64,000 bases of DNA from Lysobacteraceae bacterium (lineage in GTDB: Bacteria > Pseudomonadota > Gammaproteobacteria > Xanthomonadales > Rhodanobacteraceae): assembly GCA_018970895.1 (NCBI GenBank), contig JAGWVM010000001.1, positions 2,289 through 66,288 on the forward strand, given 5' to 3'. Below, piece by piece: positions 20,752-29,459 of this stretch. The translations under genes and the position numbers were made by a program. Under the pieces are notes generated by a model. It was not told the origin of the DNA. It saw only the letters and a list, made by a program, of their open reading frames with translations, and ran no database searches. Position 1 is the first letter of the stretch. Every line of letters starts with the position of its first letter.

Positions 20752-21801
20752 ATGCCTCTCGCAATGGACAAGCCACTGCTCGCCTCGGACATCATGGAGG
20801 CGCGCGAACTGAAGGATGGAAAGATATTCCTGCTCAAAGGCAGGGACGGAAGCAGCCTGGTGCTGAAGGCGGAACCGAATGTCACGGGGGACAAGATCAA
20901 GGCGACTGCGCCGGTGCTCAAGGCCATCGACCCCACCATCAAGATGAAGCCGCTCACCCAGCCGGAGGTGCTGCAGCTCAAGCAGTTCCTGAAGTCCTGG
21001 AAGATGTACGTCGACTTCGTCAAATTCGTCAGCGGGACCGATACCCATCTTCCGATTTCGGCGGATGAAAAGAAGAGCATGGAAGAGCTCGAGGCCTGCG
21101 TTAACCAGTACGGCACCGGCGGTGCAAGTGGTCGCTCGGACATTGCGAAGATGAGTTACACGCAAATGTCGACATTGAGCGTGGCGCTGAAAGTGGAGAA
21201 CAAGCCCAGCAATGACGCCTCGTGGGACGAAGCGCGCTCCGTATTTGCCCAGTTCGTGAAGGCCCTGAACAAGTCGGGCGGACTGGAGAAGCTGGGGCAG
21301 ATCGTTGCCGGCGACTTTTTCATCGGAAACGAGGATCGCTTCGTGTCCAGCGGCAATGGCGTGCGGGTCGATCTTTACGGCGAAAAGCACCGACTGAAGG
21401 TGATCCTGAACCTGGGCAACGTGATCATCGTCAAGGACGCGAAGGGCAAGTCGCGTCCCTCGATGCTCGACTACATGGATCCGAACACCGACTTCCTCAA
21501 TCTGAATCAGACGCTGTCCACGATGGGGCGTGCGCAGGAATGGCCCATGCGCGTGTTGCTGGACCGGACAACGCGCCACGCGTTCGCCGAAAAGCTCGTG
21601 GACGATCTCGAGTACCTCCTCAAGCCCGAGAAAAGCCTGTTCGGTTTCAACAAACTGGGCGGGTCCCGTGCGTCGAACCGCGTCAACGACGGCATCAAGG
21701 CGGGCATCAAGGCCATGATCAAGACCCTTGGCGCGCGTCAGGCGAAACTCTCGCCGCTGATCCAGTCCTACTATGCCGAACTGGTCAGGGCGAAGGTGTG
21801 A
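20752..21801 (+). CDS. Atypical kinase-fold protein (PI3/4K, actin-fragmin kinase, HopBF1-like), candidate T6SS effector
   Basis: LVLKAE, LGQIVAGDFFIGNEDRF, NLGNVII, MLDYMD; no signal peptide or TM; lower GC than flanks. Confidence 0.72.
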   Translation: MPLAMDKPLLASDIMEARELKDGKIFLLKGRDGSSLVLKAEPNVTGDKIKATAPVLKAIDPTIKMKPLTQPEVLQLKQFLKSWKMYVDFVKFVSGTDTHLPISADEKKSMEELEACVNQYGTGGASGRSDIAKMSYTQMSTLSVALKVENKPSNDASWDEARSVFAQFVKALNKSGGLEKLGQIVAGDFFIGNEDRFVSSGNGVRVDLYGEKHRLKVILNLGNVIIVKDAKGKSRPSMLDYMDPNTDFLNLNQTLSTMGRAQEWPMRVLLDRTTRHAFAEKLVDDLEYLLKPEKSLFGFNKLGGSRASNRVNDGIKAGIKAMIKTLGARQAKLSPLIQSYYAELVRAKV

Positions 21802-22029
21802 GTCATCGGGCTCGCCGGCGGCGAGCCGCGGCTTGACCGCATGCATGGAACGCCCGCAGCAGGCGGGCCTGGGCGCGCCTGCGGCCGGAGCTTGCGCCCG
21901 GGCCTGCCGCGGCGGGGGCGCGTACTTGATGTGGGACTCCGTCGCAGGCATGAACCGCAGGGCGCTCGGGCCGTTGCGCCTGTCCTGAGCCCGCCTGTGT
22001 GCCGCGCCGGTGATGACATGTCCGGCCGA

Positions 22030-22056
22030 TGACCAGATTCGCCGCGTTTTTTCGCA
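22030..22056 (+). promoter_or_regulatory. Candidate ECF promoter upstream of PAAR operon
   Basis: TGACCAGATT-N12-TCGCA. Confidence 0.65.
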
Positions 22057-22193
22057 CCTCCCCATGGGACGCCATGCCGACCGGTCGCACCTGTTCGCGC
22101 CGGTGCGCAGTGAAGGGGAGGGGAGCCATGTCCAAGCCAGACCAATCGTCTGCATGTACCGCGCGGCTCGTCGCGCGGGCGGGGGGCTGAGCG

Positions 22194-22484
22194 ATGCCTC
22201 AACCCGCGGCCCGAGTGAGCGACCTGCACGTCTGCCCGATGGTCACGGGGGTGGTGCCGCACGTTGGTGGTCCGGTCAGTCCGCCCGGCAAGCCGACCGT
22301 GCTTATCGGTGGCCTGCCGGCTGCGCGGATGGGTGACATGGCGATCTGCGTCGGTCCACCGGACACCATCGTGATGGGGGCCCCCACCGTGCTGATCGGT
22401 GGCCAGCCCGCGGCACGGATGGGTGACAGCTGCTCCCACGGCGGCACCATCGTGCTCGGCTGCTTCACCGTGCTTGTCGGCTGA
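22194..22484 (+). CDS. PAAR domain spike-tip protein
   Basis: Three PAAR motifs (PAARVSD, PAARMGD x2), Cys/His metal ligands, 96 aa. Confidence 0.95.
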   Translation: MPQPAARVSDLHVCPMVTGVVPHVGGPVSPPGKPTVLIGGLPAARMGDMAICVGPPDTIVMGAPTVLIGGQPAARMGDSCSHGGTIVLGCFTVLVG

Positions 22485-22494
22485 GGGGGACTGG

Positions 22495-23898
22495 ATGCGC
22501 TCTGCTACCCGTTCGATGCCATCCCGTCGCCGTCCTGAGCTGCCACCGGCCGGCGGGGCCGTTGCCGCCACGCTCGAGGACGCCATGCGCGCCCATCAGG
22601 CAGACGACCTCGATGCGGCCGAGCGGTTGTATGGCGAGGTGCTGGCCTTGCATGCCGCGCAGCCGGACGCGCTGCATTTCCTGGGCGTGCTTGCGCACCA
22701 GCGCGGCCGCAGTGACGAGGCCGTGCTGCTGATCAGCTCGGCGCTGAAGATCATTCCCCGTCATCCCGACGCCCTCAACAACCTGGGCAACGTGCACAAG
22801 GAGTGCGGCCGGATCGCCGACGCCGAGCGCTGCTACCGCAAGGCACTGGCGTGCGCACCCCAGCATTACCAGGCCCAGAGCAACCTGGCGGTGGTGTTGG
22901 AGGCGCAGGAGCGGCTGGACGAGGCGTTCGAGGCCTACTCCAGGCTGATCGCGCAGGCACCGACCTATGCCCACGGCTATTGCCGCATGGGCCTGTTCCT
23001 GCGCAACTACGCCCAGGGCGAGGAGCACCTGCGGCAGTCGGCGGAATGCTCTCGCGAGGCCTACCGCCACGATCCGGCCAATGTGCGTGCCCTGGAAGGG
23101 GTGGGCGTGGCCCTGTACATGCTCGGTCGCCACGACGAGGCGGCGGACATCTATCGGCAGTGGCTGGAGCGTGAGCCCGCCAACCCTGTACCGCGGCACA
23201 TGCTGGCCGCGTGCGGCGCGGCCGAGGCACCCCCGCGGGCCGCGGACGATTACGTGCGTGACGTGTTCGACGGCTTTGCCGAGAGTTTCGACGAGCAGCT
23301 GATCCAGAACCTCGGCTATCGGGCGCCGGAAGTGCTGGTGGGCGCGCTCGACGGGGTGGTTCCGGCCGTGGGCCGTGCCCTGGACGTGCTCGATGCCGGT
23401 TGCGGTACCGGCCTGTGCGCCCCGCTGCTGCGTGAGCGGGCTCGCCGGCTGGTGGGTGTCGACCTGTCCGGCGGCATGGTGGAAAAGGCCCGCGCACGGG
23501 GCGGTTACGACGCGCTGGAAGTCGCCGAGCTGACCGCCTGGCTGCAGGCGCGACCGCAGTCGTTCGACCTGATCGTCTCGGCCGACACGCTGGTCTATTT
23601 CGGTGAGCTGGAGCCGGTGCTCGCCGCGTCGTCGTCGTGCCTGCGGCCCGGTGGCTGGCTCGCCTTCACGCTGGAGGCGGTGCAGGATCGCGAGGAGGTG
23701 GCCGAGCTCACGTCCAGTGGCCGCTACCGGCACTCGCTGTCCTACGTGGAGCGCGTGTTGCGGGCAACCGGTTTCACCGATGTCCGCATCGCCGCGGACA
23801 GCCTGCGCAAGGAGGCGGGGCAACCGGTGGCAAGCTGGGTCGTGCTGGCGCGGCGTGCCGCGCCCGGTGGTGCGGTGATGCCCGGGGCGGAGGGCTGA
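22495..23898 (+). CDS. TPR-repeat protein with C-terminal class I SAM-dependent methyltransferase
   Basis: TPRs (ALHFLGVLAHQRG, ALNNLGNVHKECG), YVRDVFDGFAESFD, VLDAGCGTGL, GVDLS..M, DLIVSADTLVYFG. Confidence 0.88.
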   Translation: MRSATRSMPSRRRPELPPAGGAVAATLEDAMRAHQADDLDAAERLYGEVLALHAAQPDALHFLGVLAHQRGRSDEAVLLISSALKIIPRHPDALNNLGNVHKECGRIADAERCYRKALACAPQHYQAQSNLAVVLEAQERLDEAFEAYSRLIAQAPTYAHGYCRMGLFLRNYAQGEEHLRQSAECSREAYRHDPANVRALEGVGVALYMLGRHDEAADIYRQWLEREPANPVPRHMLAACGAAEAPPRAADDYVRDVFDGFAESFDEQLIQNLGYRAPEVLVGALDGVVPAVGRALDVLDAGCGTGLCAPLLRERARRLVGVDLSGGMVEKARARGGYDALEVAELTAWLQARPQSFDLIVSADTLVYFGELEPVLAASSSCLRPGGWLAFTLEAVQDREEVAELTSSGRYRHSLSYVERVLRATGFTDVRIAADSLRKEAGQPVASWVVLARRAAPGGAVMPGAEG

Positions 23899-23934
23899 GC
23901 GATGCCGATCCGGTCCTTCGCCCACGCGGCACGC

Positions 23935-24429
23935 CTATGGACAGTTGCCCCCGTTCAACGCGTTGTCCGCATCGCAGCGCAGGCTCTTGCCGAGCGGTGC
24001 CAGGCGGCCCTGGATCGGCCCGCTGCAGAGGACGTCGTGCTCGGTGCCGTCCGGGGCGGTGACGCGGACCCCGGCCGAGCGCTTGCCTTCGTCGGTGTAG
24101 TCGAACACGGCGTAGTCGTAGCCGCGACGGCTGAAGGTGACCTCGGTGCGGTCGCTCTGGAACCGGAAGTAGTGGGCGTAGCGCAGCTGCCTGACGCCAT
24201 CGCCGGGACTCGACGGGTACAGCAGTTCCACGTGCGGTGCCTTGCCGTAGCGGTACTGCAGGCTGCCGGGCAGCGAGCCGCACAGGCTGATCGTCTTGTG
24301 GCGTGCCGTGCTGCAACTGAAGTAGGTGGTTTCGGGCGGCCTGCACTGGCCTCCCGCAGCGGCGGGTGCTCCGTGCGCGAGCGGCAGCGACGACGCGAGT
24401 GCGAGCGTGATGCTGGCGGAAAGGCTCAT
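23935..24429 (-). CDS. Secreted hypothetical protein, candidate periplasmic immunity/lysozyme inhibitor
   Basis: Signal peptide MSLSASITLALASSLPLAHG, six Cys, 164 aa; 31 bp downstream of the muramidase on the same strand. Confidence 0.7.
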   Translation of the reverse strand: MSLSASITLALASSLPLAHGAPAAAGGQCRPPETTYFSCSTARHKTISLCGSLPGSLQYRYGKAPHVELLYPSSPGDGVRQLRYAHYFRFQSDRTEVTFSRRGYDYAVFDYTDEGKRSAGVRVTAPDGTEHDVLCSGPIQGRLAPLGKSLRCDADNALNGGNCP

Positions 24430-24460
24430 GGTCGGAAGTCCTTGTGCAGCGGGCATCGTG

Positions 24461-25237
24461 TCAATGCGTGGCGCTCAGTCGACGGTAGGCGCGCTCGAGC
24501 TTGCCATCGTAGTCGTTGTCCCGATAGCCGACGCCGTTATAGCGACTTGCGAACGACGACCAGCGCCTGTTCCTCAGTGCGTCGAGCATGGCCTCGTCGG
24601 ATTTCACGAAACGGGCGAATGCCTCGAGGTGATTGGCTTCGGATCGGCTGAGCGCAAGCACGAACCACTGGACCGACGGGAAACCCGCTGCATGAAAGTT
24701 CTTGCCCATGATCTGGAAACGCCCCCACGACGCCGACTGCAGGGCGGCGGTCGGGGCGAGGCGATACGCCTTTTCGAGCTTCGGGTACTGCGAGGAAAAC
24801 GTGCCGTAGCCACCGCGCAGCGCATTGGAAATGTCGGGGTGGGTGTGGTCGAAACGGCCCTGGGTCAGGCGATGGAAGTAGCGCCGCTCGAACAGGATGC
24901 GCGGCCTCCCTTCGTTGTCGAAGGCCTTGCCGGACGTTTCCACTTCGGCCACCGCCCGGATGACCGCAACGTCCACGCCGAGCGCCATGGCCGCCCGCGC
25001 GTAGCTCTGCGGGCCCAGACCCTGTTTCGGGGCGAGGCACATGCGGAACAGGAATGAGACATCCGGCTCGGCGGTGGCCGGCAGCGGCACGGCGTGCAGG
25101 CATTGGGCAGGTCCCGTCCAGGCTTGCGAGCGCATCGCGCGCGGAGCGCGGCACATCGGAGCGGACGCCGCATGGCTCGCGTCGAGCGGGAGCGCCATGC
25201 CCGTGAACACCGGAAGAGCGGAGCATACGTTGGACAT
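24461..25237 (-). CDS. N-acetylmuramidase family (DUF3380/PF11860-like) peptidoglycan hydrolase; start uncertain (25237 or 25042)
   Basis: AVAEVETSG, GRPRILFE, SASWGRFQIMG, W..FA.RYNG.GY..N.YD.KL motifs; track ORF 24461..27364 is an antisense over-extension. Confidence 0.88.
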   Translation of the reverse strand: MSNVCSALPVFTGMALPLDASHAASAPMCRAPRAMRSQAWTGPAQCLHAVPLPATAEPDVSFLFRMCLAPKQGLGPQSYARAAMALGVDVAVIRAVAEVETSGKAFDNEGRPRILFERRYFHRLTQGRFDHTHPDISNALRGGYGTFSSQYPKLEKAYRLAPTAALQSASWGRFQIMGKNFHAAGFPSVQWFVLALSRSEANHLEAFARFVKSDEAMLDALRNRRWSSFASRYNGVGYRDNDYDGKLERAYRRLSATH

Positions 25238-25453
25238 GCTGGATTCCCTGCATTGCCGGCCACGGCCGGGAACATCGCGGCGGTCACTCCGGACCGGCCG
25301 GCACCCGGCGCGCCGTCGCCTGCCCGGTCGGCGAAGTGTACGCGCCGCCGAGCAGCGGAGCATGCGGCCAGCCGGCTTGCGCGCCGGTCGTGCGCCAGCC
25401 ATTGCTGCAACGCCCCGGGTGGCGGCTGCCGCGTGGACCCGGAGACCGGCCCG

Positions 25454-27481
25454 ATGAGCGCACAGATCACGATCAGCTCCGACAAGGCCGAGGACCTGCT
25501 GTTTGTCGGCATGACCACCGAAGATCGGCTCGGGCGGATGTATGCGTACTGGGTGCAGTTCGAGAGTCGCGATGCCGGGATCGACCTGACCGCGCTGCTC
25601 GGCTCGTCGATGACCGTCACGATCGACACGCAGGACGGCTACGAGCGGCATTTCAACGGCATCGCCTGCGAGGCGGCGCAGACCGGCGTGGAGACCGTCG
25701 AAGGGCTGATCTATGCGCAGTACAGCGTGTGCCTGGTGCCCAAGCCGTGGCTGCTCGGAAGCATGGTGGACTGCCGCATCTTCACCGACATGACGGTGCC
25801 GGACATCGCCAAGGCGGTGTTGCAGGACGCCGGCTACAGCGACGTCAAGCTCAGCCTCAGCGCCAACTACGAGAAGCGCGAATACTGCGTGCAGTACCGG
25901 GAGGACGGCCTGAACTTCATCAGCCGACTGATGGAGCAGGAGGGCATCTACTACTTCTTCTCCCACGATGCGAGCACCCACACCATGGTGCTGGCCGACG
26001 GCGTGCGGTCGCACGCCGTGGCCAGCGAGTTCGGCCAGGTGGCCTACGCAGCCGGAACCGACAGCGTGCTGCGCCGGCAGGCGACCGTCAGCGCCTGGAG
26101 CTGCGCGCGCGGGGTGGACGTCACCAGGTGCCAGCTCACCGACTACAACCCGCTGACGCCGAAAGCCTCGCTGCTTGCCACCGGTTCGGACGGTGGACAC
26201 GGCTCGACCGGCAGCATCAGCGTGTTCGACTATCCCGGCGGCCACGCCACCGCGGCGCTGGGCCAGCACTACGCCCAGGTGCGGGCCGAAGCGCTTGGCG
26301 CGGCGCGCTCGCACTACAGCGGCCAGACCGGCGCCTGCGGCATCGAGATCGGCGGCCTGTTCACGCTGAGCGACTATCCGCGCAGCGCGCTCAACCAGGA
26401 GTACCTGGTCACGGCGACCTCCATGCAGCTGCACGGAGCCGCCCGCGCATCCGGCCGCGGCAACGACGAGCCGTCGTTTTCCTGCAGCTTCGAGGCGATC
26501 GAGAGTCGCCAGCCCTTTCGCAGCCTGCCCACGGCAACCCGGCCCGTGGTTCCCGGCCTGCAGACCGCGGTGGTCTGTGGCAGCGACACCGACGAGGACA
26601 TCGCGGTCGACAAGTACGGTCGCGTGCAGGTGACCTTCCCCTGGAACAAGCCGGACAAGCCCAACGCCAAGAGCTCCTGTCCGGTGCGCGTGGCCTCGCC
26701 GTGGGCCGGCAAGACCTGGGGCGCGGTGAGCATCCCGCGCGTCGGCCAGGAAGTGGTGGTGAGTTTCCTCGAGGGCGACCCGGACCGCCCGCTGATCATC
26801 GGCAGCGTCTACAACGCCGACAACATGCCGCCGTACGCGCTGCCGGACAACAAGACCCAGTCCGGGGTGAAGACGCGCAGCCTGCTCGGCGGCGCCGATG
26901 ACGCCAACGAACTTCGCTTCGAGGACAAGAAGGGTTCCGAGCAGCTCTTCATCCATGCGCAGAAGGACATGCTGGAGGAGGTCGAGAACGACCACACCGT
27001 CACCATCGACCACGACGAGAAAGTGACGGTCAAGAACGACCAGACGCTGGAGGTCGGCAACGACCAGACCGAGACGGTCAAGCACGACCGCAAGGTCACC
27101 GTGCAGAACGGCGACTCCCTCGACGTCACCGCCAACGGCACGACCAGCATCGGACAGAAGTTCAAGCTCAGTGCGGGCACCGAGATCGAGCTGGTCACCG
27201 GCGCGTCCAGCATCACCATGAAGAGCGACGGCACCATCGAGATCAAGGGCGTCAACATCAAGATCAGTGGCGACGTCGGGGTGAAGATCGAGGGCCAGGT
27301 CGAGGTCGGCATCAAGGCCGGCGCCACCATGGACATCGGCGCCGGCGCCAGCCTGAAGGCGCACTCGGACGCGATGCTGGAAGTGGCCGGCAGCGCTATG
27401 ACCACGGTCAAGGGCGCGATGACCACCATCAAGGGCGACGCGATGACCCAGGTCTCCGGCGCCATCATCATGATCGGCTGA
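25454..27481 (+). CDS. vgrG: T6SS spike protein VgrG, no toxin extension
   Basis: YCVQYREDGLNFISRLMEQEGIYYFF, DKYGRVQVTFPW, IPRVGQEVVVSFLEGDPDRP, gp5-like C-terminal repeats; 675 aa. Confidence 0.97.
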   Translation: MSAQITISSDKAEDLLFVGMTTEDRLGRMYAYWVQFESRDAGIDLTALLGSSMTVTIDTQDGYERHFNGIACEAAQTGVETVEGLIYAQYSVCLVPKPWLLGSMVDCRIFTDMTVPDIAKAVLQDAGYSDVKLSLSANYEKREYCVQYREDGLNFISRLMEQEGIYYFFSHDASTHTMVLADGVRSHAVASEFGQVAYAAGTDSVLRRQATVSAWSCARGVDVTRCQLTDYNPLTPKASLLATGSDGGHGSTGSISVFDYPGGHATAALGQHYAQVRAEALGAARSHYSGQTGACGIEIGGLFTLSDYPRSALNQEYLVTATSMQLHGAARASGRGNDEPSFSCSFEAIESRQPFRSLPTATRPVVPGLQTAVVCGSDTDEDIAVDKYGRVQVTFPWNKPDKPNAKSSCPVRVASPWAGKTWGAVSIPRVGQEVVVSFLEGDPDRPLIIGSVYNADNMPPYALPDNKTQSGVKTRSLLGGADDANELRFEDKKGSEQLFIHAQKDMLEEVENDHTVTIDHDEKVTVKNDQTLEVGNDQTETVKHDRKVTVQNGDSLDVTANGTTSIGQKFKLSAGTEIELVTGASSITMKSDGTIEIKGVNIKISGDVGVKIEGQVEVGIKAGATMDIGAGASLKAHSDAMLEVAGSAMTTVKGAMTTIKGDAMTQVSGAIIMIG

Positions 27482-27492
27482 CGGAGGCGCAC

Positions 27493-28032
27493 ATGTCCGC
27501 AGTCATTCACGCCTCGGTCCAGATGGAGCTTCCGGCGGAAGCCCATGCGGTGTTGCGCGCGGAGATGACGCCGCAGGCCGCGGTGCAGGCCCTGCTCGGG
27601 GCCGGACGCTCGCAGGACGCGCTCAAGCTGCTCGCCCGGCTGTTGCCCAAGCGTTACGCGGTGGCCTGGGTCTGCCAGTGCGCCCGCGAACAACCGCTGA
27701 CCCAGGAGGACCGCGCCGGTGCCTCGCTGGCCGAGCAGTGGGTGCGCGAACCGAGCGAGAGCAACCGCCGCGCCGCGTTCGAGTTCGCCCATGCCGGTGG
27801 CTACAAGTCGCTGGGCGCGTGGATCGCCGCCTCGGCCGGCTGGTCCGGCGGCAGCCTGGCGCCGGCCGCACAGGAGACGCCGGTGCCGCCGCCGGACCAC
27901 CTCACCGCGCGCGCCACGGTGGCGGCGATCAACCTGCTGGCAGCGCTGGAACCGGCCGAATTCGACGCCCGCCGCGCAGCCTTCATGGAGCGTGCGGCCA
28001 GCCTGCTGCAGGCCGGGGGAGGGGAGGCATGA
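27493..28032 (+). CDS. VgrG-adjacent conserved helical protein (DUF6931-like)
   Basis: LARLLPKRYAVAWVCQC, AEQWVREPSESNRRAA, AAS.GWSGGSLAP; family name from recollection. Confidence 0.7.
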   Translation: MSAVIHASVQMELPAEAHAVLRAEMTPQAAVQALLGAGRSQDALKLLARLLPKRYAVAWVCQCAREQPLTQEDRAGASLAEQWVREPSESNRRAAFEFAHAGGYKSLGAWIAASAGWSGGSLAPAAQETPVPPPDHLTARATVAAINLLAALEPAEFDARRAAFMERAASLLQAGGGEA

Positions 28033-28090
28033 GCCGCTGCCCGGCCTATCCGCATCGGTCCGACTTCCCTCATCAAGAGGAGCGCTGAGC

Positions 28091-29434
28091 GTGTCGTCGA
28101 TTCCTACCCTGCTCCTGGCGGTCACCGGCGTCCACGCGGCGCAGTTCGGTGCGCGTGGCCAGAAGGCGTTCGAAGGACGCGACGGCAGCATCGGTCGCTC
28201 GGAGGATTGCGACTGGGTGCTGAGTGCGTCGGGCGTGTCGCGCGTGCACGCGATGATCCGCTGCCTCAATGGCATCTATTTCATCGAGGACCGCAGCACC
28301 AACGGCATGCTGCTCAACGGGGTGCCGCTGGTGAAGGGCGAGCCGTCGGCGCTCAAGCATGGCGACCGCCTGCAGATCGATACCTTCGAGGTATCCGTGA
28401 GCGTGCAGCCGGCCGGTGCGGCGCCAGCTCCGGCCGCGCCGATGCCTCCGGCGCCGCAGGACGTGTTCTCCACCTCGCCGCTGCCGCCGGCCGCCCCGAT
28501 GCCGATGGGGCGCGACCTGCTGGACGACTTCCTCGATCTGGGGCCAGGCCCGGGCTCCCGGCCGCCGGCCGATGCCGGGCTGATCCCCGACCCGGTGGCG
28601 CCGGCCGGGGGCTCGCTCGATCCGCTGAGTTTCCTCGACGAGCCGTTCGCGCCGTCGCCGTCTCCCGCTGCACCGTCGCCGGACTGGAACCACACGCCGG
28701 GCGTCTCCGACCACTTCCGGCCGCCGTTGCCGGAAGGCCAGCGCGCCGCCCAGATGCTGCCGGAAAACTGGGATCTGACCGTGGGCGACTTCGGCGCGCC
28801 GGCGGCATCGACGCCGGTTCCCGACCCGGCGCCTTCTCCAGTGCCGGCCCCGCCGCCCGCCGCCTGGACACCGCCGGCACCGGCTCCCGCATCCGGGCCG
28901 ACCGGTGCTGCGATGCCGGCCGACATCCAGCAGATGCTTTCCATCGTGGTCGACGGCGTGATGGACGTGCTGCGCGCACGCGCGGAGATCAAGAACACCT
29001 TCCGCCTGCCGGTGACGATCATCCAGCGCTCGGAGAACAACCCGCTGAAGTTCGCCCCGAACGCGGACGAGGCGCTGCAGAAGATCCTCTCGCCACCGAA
29101 CGCCGCGTTCCTGTCCGGGCCTTCCGCGTTCGACGACGCCTTCGACGACATCCGCTGTCACCAGATGGCGATGCTTGCCGGCGTGCGCGCGGCGTTCGAG
29201 TCGCTGCTGGCGCATTTCAGCCCCGACCGCTTCGAGCAGGAGTCCGACGGTGGCAAGCGCCCGGCGTTCGCCGGCAAGGGGCGCTACTGGGAAAAGTACC
29301 GCGAGCATTTCGAAGGGCTGGCCAAGAATCCCGACGAATGCTTCCGCCGCCTGTTCGGCGACGAATTCGCGCGGGCCTACGAAGAACAGCTGGCGCGCCT
29401 GAAGTCGGCGCGCCGCAACGCCGCACGGCGATGA
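28091..29434 (+). CDS. tagH: T6SS FHA-domain protein (TagH/Fha)
   Basis: GSIGRSEDCDWVL, VSRVHA, DRSTNGMLLN; Pro-rich linker; ENNPLKF, HQMAMLAG, LFGDEFARAYE; GTG after GAGGAG. Confidence 0.93.
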   Translation: MSSIPTLLLAVTGVHAAQFGARGQKAFEGRDGSIGRSEDCDWVLSASGVSRVHAMIRCLNGIYFIEDRSTNGMLLNGVPLVKGEPSALKHGDRLQIDTFEVSVSVQPAGAAPAPAAPMPPAPQDVFSTSPLPPAAPMPMGRDLLDDFLDLGPGPGSRPPADAGLIPDPVAPAGGSLDPLSFLDEPFAPSPSPAAPSPDWNHTPGVSDHFRPPLPEGQRAAQMLPENWDLTVGDFGAPAASTPVPDPAPSPVPAPPPAAWTPPAPAPASGPTGAAMPADIQQMLSIVVDGVMDVLRARAEIKNTFRLPVTIIQRSENNPLKFAPNADEALQKILSPPNAAFLSGPSAFDDAFDDIRCHQMAMLAGVRAAFESLLAHFSPDRFEQESDGGKRPAFAGKGRYWEKYREHFEGLAKNPDECFRRLFGDEFARAYEEQLARLKSARRNAARR

Positions 29435-29459
29435 CATTTCAGACACGGGCATCGATCCG

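Noticed and set aside
25238-25453. Expected promoter motif copy before the vgrG operon or muramidase
   Set aside because: Not found; the nearest hit (24961 TGACCGCAAC-N11-GCGCC) has wrong spacing and -10, so this operon's promoter is unexplained
24461-27364. 967-aa ORF suggesting a giant muramidase fusion
   Set aside because: Everything beyond ~25240 is the antisense shadow of vgrG and its upstream region; only the last ~200-260 aa have family motifs
16797-28090. Partial motif matches before clpV (16829 TCGCA), the deamidase (19649-19674) and fha (28030-28054)
   Set aside because: Only one half matches or spacing is off by 1-2 nt; expected by chance in GC-rich DNA
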